64,000 bases of DNA from Octopus vulgaris (Eukaryota): the NCBI GenBank assembly GCA_951406725.2, contig OX597827.1, positions 21,266,001-21,330,000 on the forward strand. Reading direction: 5' to 3'. Of this stretch, positions 49,460-62,204 are shown piece after piece. The position numbers and the translations under genes are program-made. The notes beneath the pieces were generated by a model. It was not told the DNA's origin. It did no database searches and saw nothing but the letters and a program-made list of their open reading frames with translations. How positions within the stretch are numbered: the stretch's first letter is position 1; the number at the start of each line of letters is the position of its first letter.

Positions 49460-49842
49460 AATTTTTTTCTCATAGGCGGAACTTGTAGAGGCTGAGTTGA
49501 TAAAAAAAGTCGAACTTTGAACTTGAGCAATTCAAGGTTCATATTGCTATCAACCTCACTGCCGTATAATTGTTCCGTTTATTTGTATAATTGATGAAAA
49601 TTTTCTTAATTTACAAGGTTGAGTTAAAATCTTTCCCTGGCGGTCCTTTTCTTCGAAGCATATTTTGGCTGGACGGTTAACTTGCCTCAAGAAAACTTGT
49701 AGTTCTGATCGTGTCAAGTCTTATGCGGTCTTTCTATTATTATAAGAGAAAACGGTTTTATTTCACTATTTCAATTGAAGCAATATATAAATTCAACACA
49801 AGTGTATCACTGTACCATCATATATATATATATACATATATT

Positions 49843-50036
49843 GGTACTACTTGAGAACAGTGGTTCCGGTGCACGCACTCGTATAGTTGCGCATCCGTGC
49901 TAGCTAATCATGAGTAGTCGATCCTACAACGACTACCTAGCAAAGTAAATAAAACACAAAAACACAGTAAGGATCGACTAGTCATGACTAGCTAGCGCGG
50001 ATGTGCGCACCGGGACCATTGTTCTCAAATAGTACC
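49843..50036. mobile_element. MITE family B short copy
   Basis: GGTACTACTTGAGAACA...TGTTCTCAAATAGTACC TIRs in a TA-rich site. Confidence 0.85.
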
Positions 50037-50213
50037 TATATATATATATATATCATTATCATCATCATCATCATCATCGTTTAGCGTCCGTTTACCATGC
50101 TAGCATGGGTTGATATATATATATATATATCTAATGTAGGATTAAATTTTTTCAAAAAAAAATTTATCAATGGTCAGCATATTAAAAAATACCTTTAAAG
50201 GTTAAATTTATAA

Positions 50214-50568
50214 ATAACTTATAAAATAAGGGCAAAAGAAAAATTCAAATGCCAAACATGCAGAGACTAGACAAAATTGTTGATAACCATTATAATTTAT
50301 GCGTCTCAAAAGCCGATGGAAATTTCTAAAAAATTCTATTATTACTGTATTGGTCCCAATTTCAGAGTTAATTCATAAGAATTTTCTCCTCCACAGCAAT
50401 AAATACATAAGACATAAATGAAATACTTACTCATACTCATGGAAAAAGCAAGCACTAAGTCCTCGGCTTGTTTCGAGATGCATAAAATATAATGGTTATT
50501 GACAATTTTGTCTAGTCTTGGTATATTTGGCATTTGAATTTTTCTTTTGCCCTTATTTTATAAGTTAT
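50214..50568. repeat. Inverted repeat with arms of about 100 bp (about 50214-50315 and 50463-50568)
   Basis: ATAAGGGCAAAAGAAAAATTCAAATGCCAAA matches TTTGGCATTTGAATTTTTCTTTTGCCCTTAT. Confidence 0.85.
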
Positions 50569-50975
50569 ATATATATGCTTTATTTTATACATATTTTTCT
50601 GTATTTTGCCTTTTACACTGTTTTTTTTCTTGTGCATGTGCGTATACAGACGTGTATATGAACTTTTTTTGTGTGTGTGCTAGCGTGTGTGCAGGTATGT
50701 ATATATTTTTTGGCGAATGTGTGGGTGAGCATGTGTGTGTTTCAAGTTACCTTTTACTCCCTCCCCTTATTTAGCGCTCATTCTAATAGCTCTTTTGTCT
50801 TAATAATGGTCAATCACATAGTAATTTCCTTTTGTTTAACGGTCATTTTCATAACATTTGATGGCTCGATAACTGAAGAGATGCCAGTGCAGGTTTCCGC
50901 CCCGACATCTGAAACTCGGAGCTTTATCATGGCTACCGAATAATTGTCACATATATTTACAGATATATTTACAGA

Positions 50976-51013
<38 letters not shown>

Positions 51014-51025
51014 TGTATGTATATA

Positions 51026-51143
<118 letters not shown>

Positions 51144-51264
51144 TAATATAAGGGTAAATAATTATTAATTTTAAAAGCCAACAATTATTTCCGAGTAGAT
51201 TTCGGTATGGAAATATAACCATTATTGGTAGGAACTTTTCAAAAAAAGTTTTATATATATATAA

Positions 51265-51384
51265 ATAAAAGGGCAAGCAACAGGTTGCTTAGCTACATAC
51301 AGAAAAATTAGAAATAAGCAGTTTTTGACTGTTATTTCTAATTTTTCAGTATGTGGCTAAGCAACCTGTTGCTTGCCCTTTTAT
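51265..51384. repeat. Near-perfect palindrome of about 120 bp in a TA-rich site
   Basis: ATAAAAGGGCAAGCAACAGGTTGCTTAGC...GCTAAGCAACCTGTTGCTTGCCCTTTTAT. Confidence 0.9.
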
Positions 51385-52683
51385 ATATATATAGATATAG
51401 GTATAGATCAAAGCAGTACTCTGACCCAAATGGCTGAAGACTGCAACACACTTGAAACTCTGAGTACCAAGGAATTTGAATCAAACTGTTTTTCATCTAT
51501 ACATGTGTGGTGGCTTCATTTGGGCACAGAGTAGATTCGAACCTGAATCTGCCAATTTCCTTTAACTTTTTGGCAGCACTTTTCTAACGGTAAAACAATA
51601 GTAACAGCAGTTACATTTACCATATGGCTTTGCCAAACCAATTTATGTCTTTGTCACTTGACCCTTTCTCTCACTGGATGCAGAACTTTTTTTGTTGATC
51701 CTACAAATAATGGCAAAATAAACTCTATATATTTGTGTATTAGGGTGGAGCGAAAAAGATCCTTTTTACACAGATCTTCAAAATATGTTTTCAAGAATAT
51801 TTTTATTACGAAATCCTTTAAAAACAATTGTGTTAAAATCTGAAGTTCTTAAATTTACATCTTCAGGTTCTGCAGCCCATTCAAAATCAATTTATAACAT
51901 GTTTGCCGTTCCTCATTTTATTTTTTACATTCTTTGTTATAAATTGATTTCGTTTTGCTAAATCCTTTAAAAACAAAAGTGTTAAAATCTGAAGCTCCAA
52001 AATGCACTTGAAATTATCTCTGTATATATAAACGGCATAATGTCTGTGTGTATGTCCTTTATACAAATCCACAATTTTTCAGTTAGAGGACTCACACTTT
52101 CTATGGTCATTCAAAACCGTCCAAGGGTGGTCGTGCACATCTTTACATTTCCCCAGTCACCCCGCAAAGCCATTAAAAAAATCAATAGAAGTGACTTTTT
52201 TGTGAATTTTCTATCCAAAACCCAATCAAAATGCCCGAAACTTGATACACCAATTGAATGCCAGCTAGCTGTATGTAATTGGTCGGAGATTGGACAGTAC
52301 TCGCGTGTATGTGCGCACGCACGCAGCTGTATATCCATGCACTAGCAGTATGACCTGAACATATGTGTTACGTGAGATCTAGATTATACGCACATTAAAA
52401 TAAAATTATGTGTAAACCAATTTTTGCTTCTTGACACATTTTGGTGATAAAAATAATTAACATTTTCAATTAATTCAAAATAATTCCATGTAACCAAATA
52501 ATCAACCTCTGAATGTTCTGTTTCGATACCGCTTGATCTATTCCACCAATGATCCTTTTTTCATTTGTCTGTTGATCCTGTTCCCTCTGGCACCTTTTCT
52601 GTCTCTACTGCAACTGCAGTTTTTAAAGGAGCTGCACTTGCAACAGGAAATGTCAAATAAATCTTTTGTTCCATTGTTTTTAA

Positions 52684-52902
52684 CCCTTTAGCGTTCAGAT
52701 TATTCTATCAAACATAATGCCTTTTGATTCCCATTGATTTGAATTAATCATGCATTATCTCATATCTTCATGATCTTGATGGTGTAATTACTTGATGTAG
52801 AATAACATTGTAGGGTAGGTGTGAGAGCCTGGATCTGGTCAGTTTGAACATAAAACAGAGTAACTATTTTGGCCGGATATGGCCGGTTTAATTACTAAAG
52901 GA
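52684..52902. mobile_element. piggyBac-like MITE (TTAA sites, CCCTTTAG TIR); related fragments at about 19060-19250, 45850-45910 and 54343-54570
   Basis: TTAA-CCCTTTAG...CTAAAGGA-TTAA. Confidence 0.7.
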
Positions 52903-54623
52903 TTAAATACATTACACATTGTTTGAAATGGTAACACATTTTTTTCTATTTTCCACATATTTTAGTAATGCTTGGTACTTTAGATAAAAGTTTAAGATTT
53001 TTGCTTTAACTGATTCAATCATAACACAAGGGTTGGATGCCTTTTGCCAAAGAAGAATTATCTTTTCTGCTAGAATCTTGACAATTTGTTTAATTGAAGG
53101 ACCTTTCTTAACTACATTCTTTTCTTTTTCTCATTAAAATAAAACACATTTTAGCACGTCCTTGTAAGCTGGCAAAACCCGCTAAGATCACACTGAGCAT
53201 CAAATATTGGGCATTCAATATCATGACGCATTACTGCTATATGAGTCATCACTAAATTTAACACAATCACTGATATTAACAGAATGGTCTAAAGTCAAGG
53301 TACAAAGCAGATAACTTCACACATGTACAACATACGTCCACGCGTAACAACCGTTGCAGCGGCACTGGAAAGTTCACACACCCATTCTATTTATAGTCAA
53401 TGAGGAACCTCAAGATATTTGTCAATTGTATTGAAACTTGGTATGCAACCTCCTAAGGGGACTATATTTACCGTTTTGCATTCTGCTATGTAGAAATATG
53501 TATTTGTTACGACTTGTAATCCTTGAAATCCAAAACTTGACCAAAAATAGCAATTTAAAAAATTTTTGTGTTGCAGAGCCTGAAAATAAAAAAATAAATA
53601 ACTGCAAAGTTCTTTGTGCACCATTCTTTTAACCCTAATTCACAACAAAATATTGATTCTTGGTTACCAATTTTGAAAGTTGCATTTTTCGCTCCCCCTC
53701 CCCAATGTGCATGTGTACTGTTCTCTCAACATCACATGACAATAGCTGTAAATGAATACCACCGTCTTACAAGTAACTCCCTGGCACAAATATCAGACAC
53801 CAGAAGAGAGTTTCCAATTAAAAAAATATTAAATATCTAATTTTAGATGGTTAAATGAAGCCAATTTTGAAAAATAGTGAAATTAAAAAACTTAATTAGC
53901 AGACATGGATTAAAATATTCATCGTCATCATCCTCTTTCCATGCTGGCATGGGTTGGACGGTTTTACTGAGGGCTGGCTATCCAGAAGGCTGCATCAGGC
54001 TCCAGTCTGATCTGGTGGACTTTCTACAGCTGGATGCCCTCCCTAACGCCAACCACTCTGAGAGTGTAGTGGGTGCTTTTTACGTGCCACCAGCATGGGA
54101 GCCAGTCAGGTGGCACTGGCAACGACCACGCTTGAATGGTGCTTTTTACATACCACTGGCAACGACCATGCTTGAATGGTGTTTTCTACATGCCACCAGC
54201 ACTGGCATCGACCATGCTTGAATGATGCTTTTTATGTGCTTTGAAAGAGGGAGAAAAAACAAATCTCCTCAACCAAACACCAATTATTTTTAACATATTT
54301 ATGCATCATCCGACACGGTTATGTCATAACCCGATGTTCTTGAACCTTTTAGCATTCAGATTTTTCTGTTAAATTCGATGCTTATTTATTCACATTGTTT
54401 TGAATTAATCTTCCAGTATCTCATAGCTTCAAGATTTTGATATGATTTAAAAAAATTTTCTGAATGACATTGTAGGGTTGGTGAGAGAGGTCAGATCTGG
54501 CCAGTTTGAGCATAAAACAGGTAGGATACTTGTATTGGACATAGTCAATTTAAATGTTAAAAAGTTGAGGAAATTATTGAATTGATTGCTTTTCGTACAG
54601 GACAACAAATTGTTTTAATTTAA

Positions 54624-54843
54624 CCCTTTCGTTACCAACCCAGCTGAAACCGGCTCTGGCTCTGAGTATAAATGTCTTGCTTTCATAAGTTTTGAATTAA
54701 AATCTTCCAGCAAACTTTAGTCACAATTTATGCTCCTAATACTAGCTGAATGATAACTAAGTTATTTCACTAAATTCTTTCTTTATTTAAAATTAATTGA
54801 AAGAAACACAGAGCATCTCAACATAAATACAGTAACAAAAGGG
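54624..54843. mobile_element. piggyBac-like MITE (TTAA TSD), followed by an internally deleted mini-copy at about 54875-54923
   Basis: TTAA-CCCTTTCGTTAC...GTAACAAAAGGG-TTAA. Confidence 0.8.
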
Positions 54844-55637
54844 TTAAAATATATAATAGAGAAACAATTCTTAACCCTTTTGTTACCAAAAGCATCTCAA
54901 AATAAATACAGTAACGAAAGGGTTCATGAAACAAACATATTTACTTCTGTTGTGATTTGAACCCAACTTGAATAATATAAAAAACCAAATTCAGTAAAGA
55001 TTTGATTTGGTATTTAACATTTCCACCACTCGTGATCAATTCACCAACAAGCTGAAATATATTTCTGGCTTCAAGAATTAAAAACACTCATTTTCTTGCC
55101 AGTTAGTAAAATGGTAACCCCCACCCCACACCACATGTAAAATATACAAGAAAAACAACAATTATCACCATATTTTCCCAGTAAACTCAATAAAATCATA
55201 TAAAAATCCAAATGAATTTATTAGTTTGTACCTTGTCTAGGATTTAATTAACTTTATTTTATACATAAATTAGTGACATTGATTAGAGAATCTGATAGAT
55301 TTTAGTGGGGAAAAAACCCAATCAATACAAAACTGCCATTGTTAATATTTATATACACCTTAATACAATTGCTGTTCTCCCCTAATTTGTTTTATGTGTG
55401 TGTATGTTCATGCATACATGTGTTTGTACATATGTATATGTCTGTATGTATCATCATCGTTTAACATCCGTTTTCCATGCTAGTATGGGTTGGATGGTTC
55501 GACCGGGGTCTGGGAAGCCAGGAGGCTGCACCAGGCTAGAGTCTGATCTGGCAGTGTTTCTACAGCTGGATGCCCCTCCTAACGCCAACCACTCCGTGAG
55601 TGTAGTATGTTTGTAAATATACACACACGCACACACA

Positions 55638-55939
55638 TAGTGGAACCTTGGTTTCTGAATGCCTCTCATTATAAACAAATCAGTTTATGAAGAATTTTTC
55701 AAACACAAAACATTACGGGTGATGAACACACAAACCCAGCATCAATGGCTGGTGACAAACTGGGAATGTCATCAAGAGAGCATCAGCTGTTGCCAGGCTT
55801 TCACTCAGTGCACTTCCCTGCTCCAATTCCCCACACTTTCTCTGAATTTCCAAAGAGGAAAATAATTTCAGTTTACAAATATTCTGGGTGATGAACAGTC
55901 TTCAGAAACAAACTAAATTGGTAAACCAAGATTCCATTG
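55638..55939. mobile_element. Tigger/pogo-like MITE
   Basis: Imperfect TIRs TAGTGGAACCTTGGTTT / AAACCAAGATTCCATTG. Confidence 0.6.
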
Positions 55940-56542
55940 AATGTATACGTGCATATACACACACGTTTTTATCATTATCTAAAATAAAATCCTTCATCTT
56001 TTAATACTTCCTCTTATGGGTTGCTTTATCACAAGTCTTGCTTGGCCGACACATCTGAACACTTTCCATCATCAGCTCACAGCCTTTATTATTATTTTTT
56101 GGCATTCAACATCAATCATCTATCTTCATCATCATCATTTAACGTCCGCTTTCCATGCTAGCATGGGTTGGACGATTTGACTGAGGTCTGGCGAACCAGA
56201 CTCCAATCTGATCTGGCAGAGTTTCTACATCTGGATGCCCTTCCTAACGCCAAGCACTCCAAGAGTGTAGTGGGTGCTTTTACATGCCACCGGCACAAGG
56301 GCCAGTTTGGTGGTATTGACAACGGCCACATCCAAATGGTGCTTTTTATGTGCCACCTGCACGGGAGCCAGTCCAGCGGCACTGGCGACGACCTCACTCG
56401 AATGTTTCATGTGCCACCAGCACAAATGCGAGTAAGGCGACGCAGTAATGATCACGCTCGAGTGGTGTGTTTAACATGCCATCGGCACAAAGGCCAGCTT
56501 GTTGCTCCAGCAACGATCTCACTCGTATGGTACATTTAAAAG

Positions 56543-57399
56543 TGAGACATGAATCGGTGAAGAAATATCCGAAGTAATAAAACACTATGACAAGAGAAAG
56601 AGGAAAATAATCTTAAATAAAAGTAAGCTTTGGAAGGCTTGTGAGAAATGCTGAACTCAATACAAGGAAAGTTGGGTCTCACAACTGATGACAAGATTTA
56701 GCCATGAACAATCATTGTTCTGCAGACCCAGCCATCAGGCGATAACAGAAATATCAATGTTAAAATGATGTCTCAAAATATATTTCGGTTTATCACACAG
56801 TTTTTTTTTTTTAATTATTTATTTTGTTTTCTTCTTTTCTATATTTGAATATTCAGAAATGAGAAACTCTCCTTTCTTGATCCTGGCAGATAAATGTCTG
56901 CAACAATATAACACTAGACAAAGAAGTTCCTGCTCTTCAAAAAATTTTACCTTTTATGTAAAATGGATAGTAAATAACATCAATTTTGCTTATGGTTCAA
57001 CTCAGATAATTATGTTTAAGGCCAGCTTTAAACATGTTTCAATCATGTTTGAAGTTAGCTTTGTGAAAAATGTATAAAGCATCCAAATATTCATCAGAGA
57101 CGACGAGATGTTTTAATTAGTAAGACATGAACATTTTTCTTCTTTGTGATAAACCGAAATATATTTTGAGACATCATTTTAACATTGATTTTTCTGTTAT
57201 CGCTTGATGGCTGGGTCTGCAGAACAATGATTGTTCATGGCTAAGTCTTGTCATCAGCTGCGAGACCCAACTTTCCCTGTATTGAGTTCAGCATTTCTCA
57301 CAAGCCTTCCAAAGCTTACTTTTATTTAGGATTATTCTCATCTTTCTCTTGTCGTAGTGTTTTATTACTTTGGATATTTCTTCACTGATTCATGTCTCA
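56543..57399. repeat. Long inverted repeat with 255-bp arms (56543-56797 and 57145-57399)
   Basis: Manual arm comparison shows about a dozen substitutions and no indels. Confidence 0.95.
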
Positions 57400-57548
57400 T
57401 TTTTTTCTTTTAGGAAGCTATTATTTCAGTTTTATAATCCCAAATCACAATTATCTCTAAAAAATGATTTTTTAATTTATCAATAAAATATTCTGATTGA
57501 TCCCCAGCCATATAATCAATTATTACATGTGTAGAAAGCAAGTAAAGC

Positions 57549-58424
57549 TCACTCATAGACCACATCAGGAATATGAGTTCGTCTGTGTTTGGCAAGAGTA
57601 CTTCTATCAGTAAATGCTTTTTCACAAACATCACATCGATGTGGTTTCTCTCCACTATGAATAAGTTTGTGATCATTTAGATTACAATTGAACGCAAATC
57701 CTTTACCGCATATATCACATTTATAAGGCTGATCGCCACCATGCAGTTGTGTATGGCCAGTTAGGTGCGCTCGCTGGGCAAAAGTCTTGCCACAGACATC
57801 ACAACGATATCTCTTCTCTCCCGTATGGATTACTTTATGAGTATATAAGTGACTACTTTGGGCAAAAGTTTTGCCACACGTCTCACAGCGATAGGGTTTC
57901 TCACCCGTATGCAGTCTTAAGTGACTTGGTAAATGTGTACTCCGAGAAAACTTCTTACCACAAATATTACAACTGAATGGTTTTTCTCCCGTGTGTGTTT
58001 TTATATGGGTTGCTAAGTCATTGTTCTGAAAAAACGACCGACCACAGACTTCGCATTGGTACGGCTTATTTTCTGTGTGTATTTGTTGGTGACGAGCCAA
58101 AGCATATTTTTCATAGAATGTATTTCCACAAGTTTCACAGTGATATGTCTTTTTGTTTGTATGTCGCAGTTTATGCCTGTTCAGTCCACTCTTTTGAGCA
58201 AACTTCTTATCACAAAGTTCGCAATGGTAGGGCTTGTCTCCCAAATGTGTTCTTTGGTGACTATAAAAACCACTGCTGAAAGCAAAAGATTTTCCACAAA
58301 CATCACAGTGGTAAGGTTTCTCTCCCGTATGCGTCCGGCTGTGACGTATTAAATCACTGTTGTAAAGAAATTCTTTACAACAGTATTCACAGTTGAATAT
58401 TTTTTTCTTCTTTTCTGTTTTCAT
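57549..58424 (-). CDS. C2H2 zinc-finger protein, 291 aa, 10 tandem fingers
   Basis: Ten canonical fingers, mostly with TGEKPY/F linkers. Acceptor cctctttag at 58522-58521 with in-frame stops in the 96-nt UTR part of the exon. Confidence 0.95.
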   Translation of the reverse strand: MKTEKKKKIFNCEYCCKEFLYNSDLIRHSRTHTGEKPYHCDVCGKSFAFSSGFYSHQRTHLGDKPYHCELCDKKFAQKSGLNRHKLRHTNKKTYHCETCGNTFYEKYALARHQQIHTENKPYQCEVCGRSFFQNNDLATHIKTHTGEKPFSCNICGKKFSRSTHLPSHLRLHTGEKPYRCETCGKTFAQSSHLYTHKVIHTGEKRYRCDVCGKTFAQRAHLTGHTQLHGGDQPYKCDICGKGFAFNCNLNDHKLIHSGEKPHRCDVCEKAFTDRSTLAKHRRTHIPDVVYE

Positions 58425-59794
58425 TTTCTGTTGGACTCCTCGGTTATTTCTTCTAGAATATTCCCGAAAGAAATATCATCAAAGATTCATCAGTAATTTC
58501 TCTTCTTATGATTTCTTTCCCTAAAGAGGAACAAGGAAAGAAATTTGTAGAAATACTATAAAACATATGACCACAGAACAACAATGCATAATAATGTCAT
58601 CTAATAACTTCAATTAACATTATTAATTAATCTATTTACTAATAATAATTAGCTAATCTACTTAATAATCCTTTCTACTATAAGAACAAGGCCTGAGATT
58701 TGGAGGAAGGGGGCAAGTCGATTATATCGACCCCAGTGTGTAACTGGTATTTATTTAATCAACTACAAAAGGATGAAAGGCAAAGTCAACCTTGGTGGAA
58801 TTTGAACTCAAAATGTAGTGATGGGTGAAATACCTATTTCTTTACTACCCACAAAGGGCTAAACACAGAGGGGACAAACAAGGACAGATAAACAGGTCAA
58901 TTACATCAACCCCAGTGCGTAACTGGTACTTAATTTATCGACCCAGAAAGGATGAAAGGCAAAGTCGACCTCGAAGGAATTTGAACTCAGAATGTAACGG
59001 CAGACGAAATACAGCTACGCATTTCGCCTGGTGCGCTAACGATTCTGCCAGCTTGCCATTTTGTTAATCTACGTAATAATAATAATAGATACTAAGTAAC
59101 TTGTTTTTTTTTTTTATCAGACTATCCCTCTTCATGACCATTTCTACTCACTCTTGGAAATGGAAAAGCAATAGGAATGGCGAAAAAAAGCAAGTTCAAA
59201 TAGAAACAGTAGAAGCAGCAAGGATATTTCGCCAGATACAAGAGAATAGCTTTTCTCTAGTGAGTTGTTGTTTAGCTGTGATGTGCTGGAGGAAGCATAA
59301 CAGGTGGTGGTGAAATGAAAGAGATTATGATTGGTTGAGGAGGGGAGAGGGTGAAAAGATCAGGGAAATGGAGGAGGGAAGGTGGGTAAAGGTAGATAGA
59401 TGAGGATGAACAAAGACAGTCTCTGATGTATGCATGGGTGTAGTAACGGATGGAGGAGGTGGAATGATGGTGAAGGAGGGGGTCAAGTGGGCAAGGCCAT
59501 TCATGGTTTGTAAGCTTCACTAAGTGGTGAGCACTCATACCCCTTGTATCTGAGATGGAGAGGCAGGAATGAGAGAGGAATGTGATGATTGATGTGGATA
59601 GGTGAAAGAAGGAAGGTGATCAACAGGTAGATCAGAGGTGGGGGTTCTCGGGTGCAGAGGTGAGAAGAAAGTATAGACTAAGCGGTATCACAGTTGCATT
59701 CGCTTTGAGTAAGAAGACTTTGTTGCCAGCAGAATAGCTCCATCAGTTTTTTTCTTTTCCAATCTGTCCTTGCCGTGGGTATTTTCAGAACACT

Positions 59795-60100
59795 ACTATG
59801 ACACCTAGGTATCAGAAGCTATCCACTACTTCTAGCGAACGAAACAAGCCTTTTTCTGATGTGTATTGACGCTTACAGCCTCATTCTATCTGCCACACAC
59901 ACAATCTTTCTTCTTTGTTAATCTTCCGGGGATTCCACTATTCCTCTTGTGTTTCCATTGCGGGTAAGCATAAATTCGTTTTCTGCAAATCGAATAAAGC
60001 CATTTTCCTGATGGCATCAGGGTTCTAGCTTGTTTCCCACATACTAACAACCTAGTCTTAGCTAAGTTTACCTTGAAGTCTCGTGATTCGAAGTTCAATC
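59795..60100 (-). mobile_element. RTE LINE fragment; a similar fragment lies at about 38405-38560(-)
   Basis: KVNLAKTRLLV...SICRK...HKRxSGIxGRL...LEVVDSFxYLG. Confidence 0.7.
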
Positions 60101-60171
60101 ACTCGATCCGCTCAAAATAACACCCACAGCTCCCTGTAACCATACCCTACAGTCTGTCTTAAAAAAACAAA

Positions 60172-60583
60172 GGATCTTTTCGGTTTAAACGGCAGTTTTT
60201 TTCTAGCGGTGTCATATGAAATTGTCACCCATAATTATGACCCTAGTATCGATCTATTGCATTTCAATGTTTTAGGGTTAGGGTTAGGGAAAGGGTATCT
60301 TTTTTTCTTCACAAATGTAAATAAACCCAATCTGTTTCTTAAACGAGGGACATATTCATACGGCACAGAATGTTTTTTTTTTAACTCAATGGACGTCATT
60401 GATTGGTTGAAATTGCAGAAATTGAAGAAAACAACAACAAATATCTTACAAACCATAGAATTTTCTCAATATAGCCAAGCGAAAAAGATGTTTTATAAAC
60501 ACATTCTACCAGTATACGAAGTTTAAAATTTTTTAGTAACCTAGAAATTATGTTAAAAACTGCCGTTCAAACCGAAAAGATCC
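60172..60583. mobile_element. MITE family A copy
   Basis: GGATCTTTTCGGTTT...AAACCGAAAAGATCC; TSD aaaacaaa / aaaccaaa. Confidence 0.88.
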
Positions 60584-60896
60584 AAACCAAAACCTAGATA
60601 CATTATGCTTAAAGGGGGGATGGTCATAATAGGAATATCGTTGATCAGATGTCTACTGAGTGAGAGATGGGTTAGCTGTGGTGAATGTTTATGTTTTTGT
60701 CAGAAAAAAACAAAAACACACGATAATATTTACCTATTTGGTCAATATTTTCGTGTATTGTTTCTTATCCTAGACACATTAAATATAGTTTCTATCAATG
60801 ATTGAATAGAAGACCCAGTGTATTACTGGTATTCAGCCGGCGAGAGAGAGAGAGAGAGAGGAGAGTCATTGATGTTGTACAAATACATAAACTTAC

Positions 60897-61155
60897 CGAC
60901 AGGACTCAGATATTGTCTCTATTTTCAAGACAACCGACAACGATGTGTCTTCTACTTCGTTTGCTTATTAAATCATTGACGAAATTAATTAATAATTAAG
61001 AAAAAACACAAAATTAATTAATAATTATGAAAGGTATAAAACAAAATAGAAACCAACGAAGAAATGGCGGAAGTAGCGGACTAACTAAGCGATCCATACC
61101 GGAAGTTGTGATAGTCTAAACTAAGCCAATAACAAGAGGCGGCCCGCGAGGGGAG
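60897..61155 (-). promoter_or_regulatory. Predicted first exon and promoter of ZNF 57549-58424 (YY1-, ETS- and CCAAT-like motifs)
   Basis: CG|GTAAGT donor at 60896; AAATGGCG 61062-61069, CGGAAGT 61068-61074, CCGGAAGT 61099-61106, CCAAT 61126-61130, GC-rich patch about 61138-61153. Confidence 0.6.
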
Positions 61156-61976
61156 AATTGTTAAGGAATCGGTCTAATATTTTGTGGAATTGATTGCTAT
61201 TCTTTATATTTGGTTTCGTCTGCGGTTGATAAATACTCGTGAAATACTGCAGTAATCTTTCAAACTTTCTCCATATGCAACAAAATGAGAGTAACCGAAA
61301 GAAAACAAATAAGAATAACTACAGTTTAGAGCCCCACCCAATTCATTCCCTGGTGAATTTCTCTAAGATGAATATTTTTTACTACTGAAATTTTGCAAAT
61401 AAATTTTCGAGAGCACAGATTACGATTGTTTTCACAGTATTAACGAAAATTTGGAGGACTTTCAGATATTATTTCTCTATTCTCGACTTTGTTTCCTCAT
61501 AATTCTCTTTTAAATTATATTTTGTAGAAAAACATTTTCGAGAATGTTTATATTTCACACACAAAGTAAAAAGAGAAAGAGGCTAGAGATATAGTAATTA
61601 GTGGTGGTGGTGGGTCTATCACCCCACCTCCCCAAAATTTTACCAATATATTCCTAAATCACTCCTTTGAAAATGTCCCTCTGCAAAATTTTGTCAAAAA
61701 ATATGCCTTTTTCAGAAAATTATGAAGAAATAAAGTTAGAGGCACTAAATTGCAGATTTGGCAACAAGTAATCGCTGTAGACTGGTGACCCTGATCGAGA
61801 TGATAGATCGGCAAAGGCAGTCCATCCGTAACCACCCCAGATTTTCCCATATTCTTTCGCTTCTGCCTTGCACACTTTAGTCGTACAAATCAATCGCAGT
61901 ACAAAGTTTGGTACTTATTCTATCGGAAGGTTTCTTGTTTTTTCTGGGTTTTTTTTTACCGAACCGATATATTACG

Positions 61977-62204
61977 CGGACGAGCTGGCAGAAACGTTAG
62001 CGCGCCAGGCGAAATGCTTAGAAATATTTCGTCTGTCGTTACGTTCTGAGTTCAAATTCCGTCGAGGTCGACTTTGCCTTTCATCCTCTCGGGGTCGATA
62101 AATAAAGTACCAGTTTCGCACTGGGTCGATGTAATCGACTTAATCCGTTTGTCTGTCCTTGTTTGTCCCCTCTATGTTTAGCCCATTGTGGGTAATAAAG
62201 AAAT
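61977..62204 (+). mobile_element. tRNA-derived SINE family 3; other copies at about 9012-9125(+), 16770-16970(-), 19575-19780(-), 35672-35882(-), 39260-39850(+), 58670-58830(-) and 58836-59056(-)
   Basis: GAGCTGGCAGAA...GAGTTCAAATTCC...GTCGACTTTGCCTTTCATCC core; tail TTAGCCC.TTGTGGGTAATAAAGAAAT. Confidence 0.85.
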
